DNA from: Acidobacteriota bacterium
GTDB lineage: Bacteria > Acidobacteriota > Thermoanaerobaculia > Multivoradales > Multivoraceae
Direction: 5' to 3'
Assembly: GCA_021296535.1 (NCBI GenBank)
Contig: JAGWAG010000001.1
Location: 94,528-158,527, forward strand
Length of the DNA: 64,000 nucleotides
Shown: in pieces, positions 11,587-21,167 of the stretch
How the letters are laid out: every line of letters begins with the position of its first letter
Numbering within the stretch: the stretch's first letter is position 1
Position numbers and translations under genes: made by a program
Notes under the pieces: model-generated
What the model was told of the DNA's origin: nothing
The model's input: only the letters and a program-made list of their open reading frames with translations
Databases searched by the model: none

Positions 11587-13365
11587 ATGAGCAAAAGAAT
11601 CGGCAACTTCGAAATCGTCGGCCGTCTCGAGGCCCACGCTGGAGCCGCTTCCTATCTGGCCCGCCACGCGACCGACGGCTCTTCGGCCACGATCGACATC
11701 TGGACGCCCGAGACTCCCGACGCACAGGCGCGATTCCTGGATCGCGCCACCGCCAGCGAGCGGCTCGAGCACGATGGCATCGCCCGCATCCTCGACTTCG
11801 GAATCGACGGCACCACCTCCTGCCGCATCGAAGCGTTCGCCGACGGTGAGATACTGGCGGAGAAGCTCAGGCAAACCGGCGACCTGAAGAGAGAGACCAT
11901 CCTGGCCTGGCTGGCCCAGATCGCGCGTGCCCTCGAGTACGCGCACGGCCTGGGCGTCGTTCACGGGGACCTGCACCCCGGGATGGTGACCATCCGTTCC
12001 GATGGCACCGCTCAACTGCGCGGCTTCGCCAATCCGCGCACAACCGGCGAACTGGGGTATCGCGCGCCCGAACTCATCCGCGGCGAAGCGGTCGATCTGC
12101 GGACCGACCTGTACGCCTTCGGTGTTCTGCTCCATCGCCTGGTGGCCTACCAGCCGGGCGCGAATCCGGTCCTCGCCCGCAGGCTGAAGACCAACCCTTC
12201 CCCGCCGCTGGCCGATCTGCCCGCGAACTTCCCGCGCCGCCTGATTCCCGTCCTCGAAGGTTGCCTCAGCGACGATCCCGCCGATCGCCTCACCGACTTC
12301 ACGACCGTTGTCGGCGCAATCGAGGCCGCCATCCACGACACGGCCAACGTCGCCGCGGTCGCCGAGGAAGCCTCTCCGCCGGCTGACGTTCCCGATTCCC
12401 CCGCCGCGTCTCCGAGCTGGGATTCAGCGACCGCGGCGGCAGGCCGGGACACTTCGAGCGCCGGCCCGATCGCGGACATCCCGGTGCGGAAATCGACCGG
12501 AGACGACGCCCCCCTGGTCGACGTCGAGCTCCGTGGCTACGACTCCGGCAAGGGCAACGCGACCCCGCCCAGTCTCAAGACGGTGGCGGCGGCGATCAAG
12601 CGGCCCTCGCGCTCCCGCTTCCGCCGGCGCTGGCTGACTTTCGCGACCGTAGCCGGAACCGCGCTCTGGCTCGGCGGCACCCTGTGGTGGTCCAAGGGCA
12701 GTCCGGCCGTGGCCGGGCGGAGGAGACGGTTTCCGAGCCGCCGCCGGCAGGCAACCCGGCGGCGACCGGCGAGGCCGTCTCCCCCGTCGACCTGCATTCC
12801 CCGGCAGACGCCGCGCCGTCGCCCCCTCCGGGCAGGTTCGACGCGGTGCAGCCCGCCAGCCGTGGCCGCCTCGCCCTGGCACCCGCCTGGCACCCGGAGA
12901 TCACCGTCTCGGTGGCGGGTGCGGAACCTGTCGTCCTCGACCGCCGGCGCGTCTTCGAAGTGGAAGCCGGCGTCGACCACGTGCTCACGTTCGAACTCGC
13001 AACGCGCGACTACCAGATTCGGGAGCAGGTCGTCGCCCGGGTCCCGTCGGGCCGGCTGCTGGAAACGCCCGTGCCTCAGTGTGGCCCCGGCGGAGGAGTC
13101 GGCGCGCCCCGTCTTCGTACGCATCGGGGACGAGGCGATCGGCTGGACACCGATCGCGCGCCTGCAACTGCCCGTCGGTGCCCACGTGATCAGCGTCTTC
13201 AAGAACCCCACATGGCGGCCCGAGGAGCGGATCGAGCAGCGGATCCGCGTACGGTCCAGGCAGGAAACCACCGTGCAGTTCGACCTCGAATCCGAACCGC
13301 CGGCATTGATCGTCGACGGTCGGAGGATCGAGTACGCTCCGGTCGATGCCGAGCCTGGACCGTAG
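11587..13365 (+). CDS. Hanks-type Ser/Thr kinase-like protein (probable pseudokinase) with TM helix and PEGA-like C-terminus; compensating internal frameshifts
   Basis: HGDLHP, GYRAPE and DLYAFG retained; TM segment TFATVAGTALWLGGTLWW; PEGA-like IGWTPIARLQLPVGAHVISV. The protein-like sequence for about 12700-13075 lies in another frame (ORF 12684..13442). Confidence 0.75.
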   Translation: MSKRIGNFEIVGRLEAHAGAASYLARHATDGSSATIDIWTPETPDAQARFLDRATASERLEHDGIARILDFGIDGTTSCRIEAFADGEILAEKLRQTGDLKRETILAWLAQIARALEYAHGLGVVHGDLHPGMVTIRSDGTAQLRGFANPRTTGELGYRAPELIRGEAVDLRTDLYAFGVLLHRLVAYQPGANPVLARRLKTNPSPPLADLPANFPRRLIPVLEGCLSDDPADRLTDFTTVVGAIEAAIHDTANVAAVAEEASPPADVPDSPAASPSWDSATAAAGRDTSSAGPIADIPVRKSTGDDAPLVDVELRGYDSGKGNATPPSLKTVAAAIKRPSRSRFRRRWLTFATVAGTALWLGGTLWWSKGSPAVAGRRRRFPSRRRQATRRRPARPSPPSTCIPRQTPRRRPLRAGSTRCSPPAVAASPWHPPGTRRSPSRWRVRNLSSSTAGASSKWKPASTTCSRSNSQRATTRFGSRSSPGSRRAGCWKRPCLSVAPAEESARPVFVRIGDEAIGWTPIARLQLPVGAHVISVFKNPTWRPEERIEQRIRVRSRQETTVQFDLESEPPALIVDGRRIEYAPVDAEPGP

Positions 13366-14323
13366 CACCGACGCCAGTGTCGAGCGGTCGCCCCTCGATG
13401 TCAGTGTGCTGGTTCCGGTGCTCAATGAGGAAGCCACCGTAGCCAGCCTGGCTGAACGCGTGCTCGCGAATCTGGATGCCATCGGCGCCCGCTCCGAGCT
13501 CGTGTTCATCGACGATGGCTCAACCGACACAACGTCGGACGAGGTGCGACGACAGCACGAGCGGGATTCGAGGGTCCGCCTGATCCGCCTGCGCCGAAAC
13601 TTCGGTAAGGCGGCCGCGCTCTCCGCGGGCGTCGATCATGCTCGCGGCGCCATTCTGGTCACGATGGACGGCGACCTCCAGGACGATCCGGACGAGATTC
13701 CCCGCCTCCTGCAAGCGCTCGAAGACGGCCCTCTCGATCTGGTCAGCGGCTGGAAGCGAACCCGCCGCGACCCGCTGCGGCGCCGTCTGGCGTCGAAGGT
13801 CTTCAACTGGGTAACGCGAACGCTCTCCAACGTCAATCTGCACGACTTCAACTCGGGCTTCAAGGCCTACCGCCGCGAGGTTCTCGAGCAGGTGGCCGTC
13901 TACGGCGAACTCCATCGCTACATTCCCGTCCTCGCCAGCCGCCGCGGCTTCGTCATCGGCGAGATTCCAGTCGCCCACCATCCGCGCCGGGTCGGCCGCA
14001 GCCGGTACGGCTGGGATCGGTCCTACAAGGGCCCGGTCGACCTGATCACCGTGCTTTTCATCAGCCGGTTCACCCGCCGGCCCCTCCACCTGTTCGGGCC
14101 GATCGGGCTGATCAGTTGTGCCCTGGGCTTCGGCATCTGCGCCTATCTGGCCGCGCTCTGGTTCGCGGGCGCCTCCCTCTCCAACCGGCCCCTGCTGCTC
14201 CTCGGCGTCCTGCTCATGGTGCTCGGCATACAGATCGTCACGACCGGCTTGATCGGCGAACTGATCACCTTCAAGAACTTCCGCAGGCACGACAGCTACT
14301 CGATAAGAGAGCGGGTCGGCTGA
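13346..14323 (+). CDS. GT2 polyprenyl-phosphate glycosyltransferase (GtrB/ArnC/DPM1-like)
   Basis: PVLNEE, IDDGSTD, RNFGKAAAL, MDGDLQDDP, ELHRYIP; two C-terminal TM helices. Confidence 0.92.
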   Translation: MPSLDRSTDASVERSPLDVSVLVPVLNEEATVASLAERVLANLDAIGARSELVFIDDGSTDTTSDEVRRQHERDSRVRLIRLRRNFGKAAALSAGVDHARGAILVTMDGDLQDDPDEIPRLLQALEDGPLDLVSGWKRTRRDPLRRRLASKVFNWVTRTLSNVNLHDFNSGFKAYRREVLEQVAVYGELHRYIPVLASRRGFVIGEIPVAHHPRRVGRSRYGWDRSYKGPVDLITVLFISRFTRRPLHLFGPIGLISCALGFGICAYLAALWFAGASLSNRPLLLLGVLLMVLGIQIVTTGLIGELITFKNFRRHDSYSIRERVG

Positions 14324-14341
14324 CACCGGTCCGGAGGCGAC

Positions 14342-15664
14342 TTGCCTGAACGGATCCTGACCTCGGCGGCGGAACGGGGCGGGCGAACCGGCTCCCCCGC
14401 CGCGGGTCTGCGGCTCCTCTTTCTCACCCAGACCTACCCGCGCTGGCCGGGCGATACGGCTGGACCGTTCATTCGCGAACTGGCCCGGGGCCTGGTCCGC
14501 GGCGGCGACCGCGTCACCGTGCTGACGCCGCGCGCGGAGGGCGTACGCCCCTCCTGGCTCGACGACGGCGTCGACGTCCACACGTTCGCCTACGCGCCAC
14601 GACGCCTCGAGGTGCTCGGTTACGGGCGCAGTCTGGCCTCCGATGAGCGCATCCGGTTTGGAGCGGGTCTGGCGGCACCCCTCTACCTGCGCGCCGCAGC
14701 CGCCGCGGTCGGCCGCCATCTCGCGCGCGACCCCTACGACCTGCTGCACGCACACTGGCTCGCCCCGAACGGACTCGTCGCGCTGTGGCCGGGCGTCCGC
14801 AAGCGCAACGCCGTGATCGCCGCGGGGCTGCACGGTAGCGATGTCTTCATCGCGGAGAAGGCAGCGGCCCGTCCCGCGATCCGGCGCGCCCTGAAGCGCT
14901 GCGAACTCCTGACCGGCTGCTCGCCGGAACTTGTCGAGCGAGTCGTCAAACTGGGCTACCGCGGCAAGCCCTGCCGGGTCATTCCCTATGGCGTCGATGT
15001 CGACCTCTTCTGCCCAGCTGACGAGGCCGCGCACCAGTCGAGCGCCACTGGGTGGCGGGAGCGGCTCGGCATCCCCGACGACGCCACGATGCTGCTCGGC
15101 GTCGGGCGGCTGGCCACGAAGAAGGGATTCCACGTCCTGGTCGACGTGCTACCGCGCCTCCTGGCCGAGTTCGACGACCTGCACGCCGTGATCGCCGGCG
15201 GCGGCGACCAGATGCCAGAACTCCTGGCCGCCGTCGCGGAGTGGTCGCCGGAGCACGTCGCCCGAATCCACCTTCCCGGTCTCGTCGCCCACGACGATCT
15301 GCCCGACCTCTACCGCAGTGCCGACCTCTTCGTCCTGCCCGCGGTCCACGACCCGCAGGGCAACGTCGACGGTCTCCCCAACGTGATCCTCGAAGCGCTG
15401 GCGAGCGGTCTGCCCGTGGTTTCAACCGCAATCTCGGGGATCCCACTGGCTGTCGAATCCGGGGTCGAGGGAGTCCTTGTACCCGAGCAGGATCGCCCCG
15501 CTCTCGAAGGCGCGATCGCCAGCCTGCTGCGGTCTCCCGACCGCCGCGCCCGGATGGGCGCCCGGGCCCGCGCCAGGGCCGTCTCCCAACTGACCTGGGA
15601 CCAGGTCGCCGCCGCGTACCGCGACGCCTACCTGGAGGCCCTGTCCGAACGCCAACGACAGTGA
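14342..15664 (+). CDS. GT4 glycosyltransferase
   Basis: HAHW..P.G, HGSD, GRLATKKG, DGLPNVILEALASGLPVV. Confidence 0.92.
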   Translation: MPERILTSAAERGGRTGSPAAGLRLLFLTQTYPRWPGDTAGPFIRELARGLVRGGDRVTVLTPRAEGVRPSWLDDGVDVHTFAYAPRRLEVLGYGRSLASDERIRFGAGLAAPLYLRAAAAAVGRHLARDPYDLLHAHWLAPNGLVALWPGVRKRNAVIAAGLHGSDVFIAEKAAARPAIRRALKRCELLTGCSPELVERVVKLGYRGKPCRVIPYGVDVDLFCPADEAAHQSSATGWRERLGIPDDATMLLGVGRLATKKGFHVLVDVLPRLLAEFDDLHAVIAGGGDQMPELLAAVAEWSPEHVARIHLPGLVAHDDLPDLYRSADLFVLPAVHDPQGNVDGLPNVILEALASGLPVVSTAISGIPLAVESGVEGVLVPEQDRPALEGAIASLLRSPDRRARMGARARARAVSQLTWDQVAAAYRDAYLEALSERQRQ

Positions 15665-16401
15665 AGAGCGTGCGCCAGGAGGCAGCGTTCGGCTCACGCA
15701 GCCGAAGGGTCTGGTGGGGCGTCCTGGTCGCCGCGATGACCCTGCCCACCCTGGCCTCGCTCGCCTACTTCGTCTGGCTCGAAGGCACCTCCTGGGTCGC
15801 CCCTGCCTACCTCGGCGCCAAGGTGCTCCAGTTCGCCGGGCCAGTAGCGGGCCTTGCGGTGCTGCTGGCGGCTGCGACGGGCCCTGCGCGGCCAGGTCGT
15901 TCCGTGGCCCTCGGTCTGGGTACGGGGATGGCCGGGGCAGCGTTCACCTGGCTCAGCTACGTCGTGCTGTTTCGCGGAGGCGAGATGGCGGCCACCGCGG
16001 CCGAGGCAATCACGGTCAAGCTGGCCGACTTCCACCTTGACACCCTCTGGCGCTACGTTCTTGCCGCGCTCCTGATCAGCTTCCTCCACTCCTGGCTCGA
16101 GGAGGTCTACTGGCGCGCGTTCGTCTACCGCTGGCTCCACCGCCTGATGCACTCGGAGTGGTCCCTGGTCGTAGCCGCACTCGGCTTCGCAGCTCACCAT
16201 GTCGTGGTGATCGCGGTCTATCTCGGCGACGCATCCGTCTTCGTCCTGGTGCTCATGTCCCTACCTGTCGCCCTGGGCGGAGTTCTCTGGTGCCTTCTCT
16301 ACCGCACCACGGGAAACCGCCTGCTGGCCCCCTGGGTCAGCCACATATGCCTCGACCTCGCCATCATGGCAGTGGGCTACGACCTGATCTTCGTCGACTG
16401 A
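15661..16401 (+). CDS. CPBP (CAAX/Abi) intramembrane glutamic/metalloprotease
   Basis: GTG start overlaps the upstream stop. EEVYWR, FAAHH, WVSHICLD; multi-TM. Confidence 0.85.
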   Translation: MKSVRQEAAFGSRSRRVWWGVLVAAMTLPTLASLAYFVWLEGTSWVAPAYLGAKVLQFAGPVAGLAVLLAAATGPARPGRSVALGLGTGMAGAAFTWLSYVVLFRGGEMAATAAEAITVKLADFHLDTLWRYVLAALLISFLHSWLEEVYWRAFVYRWLHRLMHSEWSLVVAALGFAAHHVVVIAVYLGDASVFVLVLMSLPVALGGVLWCLLYRTTGNRLLAPWVSHICLDLAIMAVGYDLIFVD

Positions 16402-17441
16402 CCGCGCGCCGTCGGCAAACCCTGCTCCCGTAGCCAGTCGTCGTTGTAGATCGTGCTCAGGTAGCGGGTGCCCGAATCCGGAAAGAGGGTCACGACGCGG
16501 GCGCCGGGCTGCAGTTCGGGGAGCATCTCGCGTACGCCCCAGAGCGCGGCACCGCTCGATCCGCCCACGAGCATCGCCTCGTCGCGAGCGAGCTCCCGGG
16601 CGGCCAGGAACGCCTCCGCGTCGCTGACCTGCAGCATCCGGTCGAAGACGTCGAATTCCGGGCAGTCGATGATCTCTTCGTCACCCAGTCCTTCGAGCAG
16701 ATAACGGCGAGGAGGCGCGGAGTCGTCCTCGGCCCCCGCCAGGGCCGCGAAATGGCGACTGAACACCGAGCCTTCGACATCGACCGCGATCACCCGAATC
16801 TTCGGATTCTGTTCCTTCAGATAGCGGCCCACACCGGAGACGGTGCCGCCGGTGCCAATGCCACCGACGAAGACGTCGATCCGCCCGTCCATCTGGCGCC
16901 AGATCTCCGGGGCGGTCGTCTCGTAGTGGCAGCGATTGTTGTCGCGGTTGTTGTGCTGATCGGGGAAGAAGGCCTCCGGATGCGCGGCGGCCAGGCTCTG
17001 CGCCTTCCGGTTGTACGACTCCGGGTGCTCAGGGGGCAGATCGCCATCCACGAGGATCAACTCGACACCCAACGCGCGCAGGCAGTCCAGCTTCTCGCGG
17101 CTGGTCTGGCGGCGGACGACCGCGCGGCAGCGCAGCCCGCGGTTCGTGGCCATCATCGCCAGTCCCATCGCCGTGTTGCCGGACGAAGCCTCGATCACGA
17201 CGCCTCCCGGCCAGAGCTCTCCCGAGGCGAGCGCCCGGTCCACCAGATACCGCGCCACGCGGTCCTTCACGCTGCCCATCGGGTTCAGGTACTCGAGCTT
17301 CGCGAACACCTCGACTTCCTTCCCGCCCGCACCCAGCGAGCGGCGGAGACGCACCAACGGAGTTCCGCCGATCGCCTCGCTCACGTCCTCGCAGGTCTTC
17401 GCGCAGAGCGCCGCGGAAGCGGGGACGCCCGTGGCCTTCAA
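16377..17441 (-). CDS. PLP-dependent cysteine synthase / cystathionine beta-synthase family protein
   Basis: IGGTPLV, NPMGSVKDR, SSGNT, HYETTAPEIW, GIGTGGT, FPDSGTRY. Confidence 0.9.
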   Translation of the reverse strand: MKATGVPASAALCAKTCEDVSEAIGGTPLVRLRRSLGAGGKEVEVFAKLEYLNPMGSVKDRVARYLVDRALASGELWPGGVVIEASSGNTAMGLAMMATNRGLRCRAVVRRQTSREKLDCLRALGVELILVDGDLPPEHPESYNRKAQSLAAAHPEAFFPDQHNNRDNNRCHYETTAPEIWRQMDGRIDVFVGGIGTGGTVSGVGRYLKEQNPKIRVIAVDVEGSVFSRHFAALAGAEDDSAPPRRYLLEGLGDEEIIDCPEFDVFDRMLQVSDAEAFLAARELARDEAMLVGGSSGAALWGVREMLPELQPGARVVTLFPDSGTRYLSTIYNDDWLREQGLPTARGQSTKIRS

Positions 17442-18109
17442 GGCGCCTCCAGCAGACGATCACGGACGAGCTGCATGTCTTCCCAGGTGGCTCGCTTGTG
17501 GGACGGATCCCGGAGCAGGAAGGCCGGGTGGTAGGTGACCCGAACCGGCACTCCCGCCACGTCGTGCCAGCGACCGCGAAGACGGCCCACGGAGTCTCTC
17601 GTCTGCAACAGTTGCTGGGCCGCAACCCCGCCGAGGGCGACGATCACCCGGGGGGCGATGAGTTCGACCTGCCGGTCGAGGAACGAACGGCAGGCGGCGG
17701 CCTCGTCGGGCTGCGGATTGCGGTTGTTCGGCGGCCGGCACTTGACCACGTTCGTGATGTAGACGTCCTCGCGCCGCAGGTCGATGGCCTGGATGATCCG
17801 GTTCAGGAGCCGGCCGGCGGGCCCCACGAAGGGCAGGCCCTGCCGATCCTCGTTGTAGCCGGGGCCCTCGCCGACGAACATCAGGTCCGCGTCGCCGTCG
17901 CCGGCCCCGAACACGACCGTGTTGCGCTGTTCGCAGAGCCGGCACGCGGTACAGCCCTGAGCCTCGTCCGCAACCGCCTGCAAGCGTTCCAGGCGGCCTG
18001 CCCCACCCTCCGGCGCGGCCTGCGCCGGCCCTGGCGGATAGGCGTCCTCGAAGCCGAGTTCCCGCAGGAGACGTAACTCCTGGCCCACCGAGAGTTGAAG
18101 TCGCGTCAC
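17438..18109 (-). CDS. Uracil-DNA glycosylase family 4 (Fe-S)
   Basis: CTACRLC, VGEGPG, PFVGPAG, NVVKCRPP, YHPAFLLR. GTG start at 18109. Confidence 0.92.
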   Translation of the reverse strand: MTRLQLSVGQELRLLRELGFEDAYPPGPAQAAPEGGAGRLERLQAVADEAQGCTACRLCEQRNTVVFGAGDGDADLMFVGEGPGYNEDRQGLPFVGPAGRLLNRIIQAIDLRREDVYITNVVKCRPPNNRNPQPDEAAACRSFLDRQVELIAPRVIVALGGVAAQQLLQTRDSVGRLRGRWHDVAGVPVRVTYHPAFLLRDPSHKRATWEDMQLVRDRLLEAP

Positions 18110-18116
18110 GAGCCCC

Positions 18117-19354
18117 TCAGCTCGAAACGGTCCCGCCGCCGGCGAACAACTCCAGCAAGCGGCCGGCCAACTCGTCCTTCGACTGCTTCGGGAAGCGAAC
18201 GGGGCCGCCGCCCCGACCGAAGACGACCACCTCGTTGTCCGTCGCCTCGAAGCCGATGTCGGGCCGCGACACGTCATTCGCGACGATCCAGTCCGCCTGC
18301 TTCGCTTCCAGCTTGCCTCGCGCCGAATCCTCGAGGTCTTCCGTCTCGGCCGCGAAACCGACGCGCATCGCCTCGGGCGCCAACGCCGCCAGACCCGCGA
18401 GGAGATCGGGGTTCTGCGCCAATTCGAGCACCATGCCGTCGGCGCCGGACTTCTTGAGCTTCTGGTCGGCGCGCTCACGCGGCCGGTAGTCGGCCACCGC
18501 GGCCGCCATCACGACCAGGTCGGCTGCCGGCGCCGCTTCTTCGAGGGCCGCCTGCATTTCGCTCGCCGCGACGACATCGATCCGCCGCACGCCCTCCGGA
18601 GTCTCCTGATTCACGGGGCCGGCGACGAGGGTGACTTCCGCGCCGCGAAGGGCCGCCTGCCGCGCCAGAGCGAAGCCCATCCGCCCACTCGACCGATTGC
18701 CGAGGAAACGAACCGGGTCGATCGCCTCGTAGGTCGGTCCGGCCGTGACGACGACTCGCCAGCCGGCCAGTGGCCCCACCGGCGAGGCGGCCGCGCCCTC
18801 CGGCAGCACACGGCCTCCACGATCGTCTCCGGTTCCACCATGCGGCCCAATCCCCGCTCGCCCGAAGCCAGCGCGCCCTCGACCGGCCCCACCATCTCCA
18901 CGCCGCGGGCGCACAGCGCCTCGACCTGGGCCTCGACCTGGGGCTTGCGCCACATCGCGTCGTGCATCGCAGGCGCCACGACCACCGGTCCCTCGAACAT
19001 CAGGGCAGTCGTACTCAGGAAGTCGTCCGCGAGTCCGAGAGACAGGCGGGCCAGGGTGTTGGCCGTTGCCGGCGCCACGCAGAGCAGATCGGCCCACTGC
19101 GCCGCCTCGACATGGAGTTCAGCGCCGTCCACCCCGCCGTCGCGGGAGAGGTAGCTCTGGCCATAGACGCGTTCGCCACTCAACACCTCGAGCGTGAGCG
19201 GCGACACGAAGCTCTCGGCCGCCAGGGTCGGCGCGCAGCGCACGGCGATTCCACGCTCCCGGAGCCGGCGGACCAGGTAAGCGCCCTTGTAGGCGGCAAT
19301 CCCGCCGCTTATGCCGAGAAGAACTCGGGCAGCCCGTGCAAGCGCGTCGGGCAC
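18117..19354 (-). CDS. coaBC: Bifunctional phosphopantothenoylcysteine decarboxylase / phosphopantothenate-cysteine ligase, frameshifted near 18810
   Basis: CoaC half (GISGGIAAYK, APATAN, APAM, GLGRM) in ORF 18611..19432. CoaB half (TAGPTYEAIDPVRFLGNRSSGRMG, GFAAET, ANDVS) in ORF 18117..19097. Confidence 0.9.
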
Positions 19355-19367
19355 ACTCGTGGCGGCT

Positions 19368-19634
19368 CTAGTGGACTGTGCCGCGCGGCCCGAAGGCATC
19401 GTCGCCGGACTGCGAGCCGCCGTCCTCTCCACTCGCCGCCGCGGAAGACTCGGGTGCCTCGCCGAAGTCCCACTCGATCAGATCGCGCTGCATCTCGCTC
19501 ATCGCGTGGCGGGCGAACTTCGGGCTCTCCCGGGGCATGCGCTCCTGGGCGCCGCGAATCAACTGCTCGGCGCGACGCGCGGCCAGGAGGACGAAACGGA
19601 ACTTGCTGTCTACTTTCTCAGGAAAACGGCCCAT
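19368..19634 (-). CDS. rpoZ: RNA polymerase omega subunit
   Basis: DSKFRFVLLAARRAEQL; gmk-rpoZ-coaBC synteny. Confidence 0.88.
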   Translation of the reverse strand: MGRFPEKVDSKFRFVLLAARRAEQLIRGAQERMPRESPKFARHAMSEMQRDLIEWDFGEAPESSAAASGEDGGSQSGDDAFGPRGTVH

Positions 19635-20280
19635 GTGCATGAAAGTCCGCGAGAACGCTGAGTACGCGCTCCCGCATCCGCTCCCTCCGCTGTCGTTTCT
19701 CGAGAATGATGGCAGCCAGGGTGTTGCTGGCTGCCTCGGCGCGGTCGTTGACAATAACATAGTCGTACTCCCGGACGCGGCCCAGTTCGCCCAACGCTCC
19801 CTGCAACCTCTGCCGGATCGCCGGCGCCTCGTCCAGGTCGCGCCCCCGGAGGCGCTCCACGAGCGCCCTTGGGCTCGGCGGCATGACGAAGATGCTGTGC
19901 ACGGCGGTGTCCAACTGGCCGGCCGCGCCCCCGGCTGCCATCACCTGAGCCGCGCCCTGGACATCGATGTCCAGGAGCACGTCCGTGCCACTCTCGATAC
20001 GCGGCAGCACTTCGTCGACCGAGGTCCCGTAACTGTTCCCGTGGACCTCCGCCCACTCCAGGAACCGGTTCGTCGCCACCATGGAAGCGAACGCGTCCCT
20101 GGCGACGAAGTGGTAGTCCACCCCGTCCTTCTCGTTCTCGCGCGGGCGACGGGTCGTGTGGCTGATCGAGAACTCGACCCCGTCCACCAGTTCCATCGCC
20201 CGATGCACGAGCGTCGTCTTCCCGGCGCCTGACGGCGCCGAGAGTATGAACAACTCCCCTCTCGCCGTGCCCGCCGTCAT
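19618..20280 (-). CDS. gmk: Guanylate kinase
   Basis: SAPSGAGKTT, SHTTRRPR, DGVDYHFV, YGT, DIDVQGA. Confidence 0.97.
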   Translation of the reverse strand: MTAGTARGELFILSAPSGAGKTTLVHRAMELVDGVEFSISHTTRRPRENEKDGVDYHFVARDAFASMVATNRFLEWAEVHGNSYGTSVDEVLPRIESGTDVLLDIDVQGAAQVMAAGGAAGQLDTAVHSIFVMPPSPRALVERLRGRDLDEAPAIRQRLQGALGELGRVREYDYVIVNDRAEAASNTLAAIILEKRQRRERMRERVLSVLADFHAHGPFS

Positions 20281-21167
20281 TCGATGTTCTGCACCTGTTC
20301 GCGTAGCTGATCGCACGCCACCTTACCCTCGACGACCGCGCGCTGCATCGCCAGATCGCGGCATTTCGAGCCGATCGTATTCAGTTCGCGCTGGATCTCC
20401 TGAGTCAGGAAATCGAGACGCTTCCCGATCGCACCCTCCTCGGCCATCGCCGCCTCGAAGCCCTCCAGATGGCCGCTCAGCCGTTCCAGCTCCTCGGCCG
20501 TGTCGCTGCGTTCGATCAACAGGGCGACCTCCTGAACCACGCGCGCCGGGTCAAGTTTGGCGGCCGCACCGTCCTGCCTCGCGAGCAGGTCGCGCACTCG
20601 CCCTTCCAACTCGTCGAGGGCCTGATCGACGACTTCCTCACGGCGCCCGGCAAGTGCCTCCACGCTGCCTCGCAGCTCCCTGAGATGCCCGCGAAGTGCC
20701 TTCTCCAGAACCCGTCCCTCGCGTACCCGCTCGGCCACGAGCGCCGCCACCGCGCGCCGGCAGACCCGTTCCGCGAGCGCCCTGTCACCGGCCCCCATCG
20801 CCGACGACCCGGCTTCCGCCCCCGACACCCGAGCGGCCGACATCAACTCGCCCGCGCTCAGTTCCGACGACACGAGGCCCAACCGCCGCCAGCGCCGCGC
20901 GGCTCGCTGCAGAGCGTCGGCCGTCTCGTCACATACCTCCACGCTCCCCGCGGCAACACGAGTCTCGACCTCGACGCCGAGTTCGACGCGGCCGCGCCGG
21001 ACCTCCTCCGCCACCACCGCTCGCAACAACGGTTCCAGGCCCCGATGGGGCGCCCGCAAACGCACCGCGATATCGAGGTAGCGGTGATTGACGGAGCGCG
21101 CGGTCACCGTCACCCGACAGGCCCCGCCCTGCTCAGCCGCCTCACCGATTCCGGTCATGCTTCTCAG
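20277..21167 (-). CDS. yicC: YicC/YloC family endoribonuclease
   Basis: RSMTG, SVNHRYLD, RGRVE, EELERL..H, GKRLDFLTQEIQRELNTIGSK, REQVQNIE. Start either CTG 21167 or ATG 21158. Confidence 0.92.
   Translation of the reverse strand: MRSMTGIGEAAEQGGACRVTVTARSVNHRYLDIAVRLRAPHRGLEPLLRAVVAEEVRRGRVELGVEVETRVAAGSVEVCDETADALQRAARRWRRLGLVSSELSAGELMSAARVSGAEAGSSAMGAGDRALAERVCRRAVAALVAERVREGRVLEKALRGHLRELRGSVEALAGRREEVVDQALDELEGRVRDLLARQDGAAAKLDPARVVQEVALLIERSDTAEELERLSGHLEGFEAAMAEEGAIGKRLDFLTQEIQRELNTIGSKCRDLAMQRAVVEGKVACDQLREQVQNIE

Noticed and set aside
18795..18825. Programmed ribosomal frameshift in coaBC
   Set aside because: No slippery heptamer or homopolymer at the junction.
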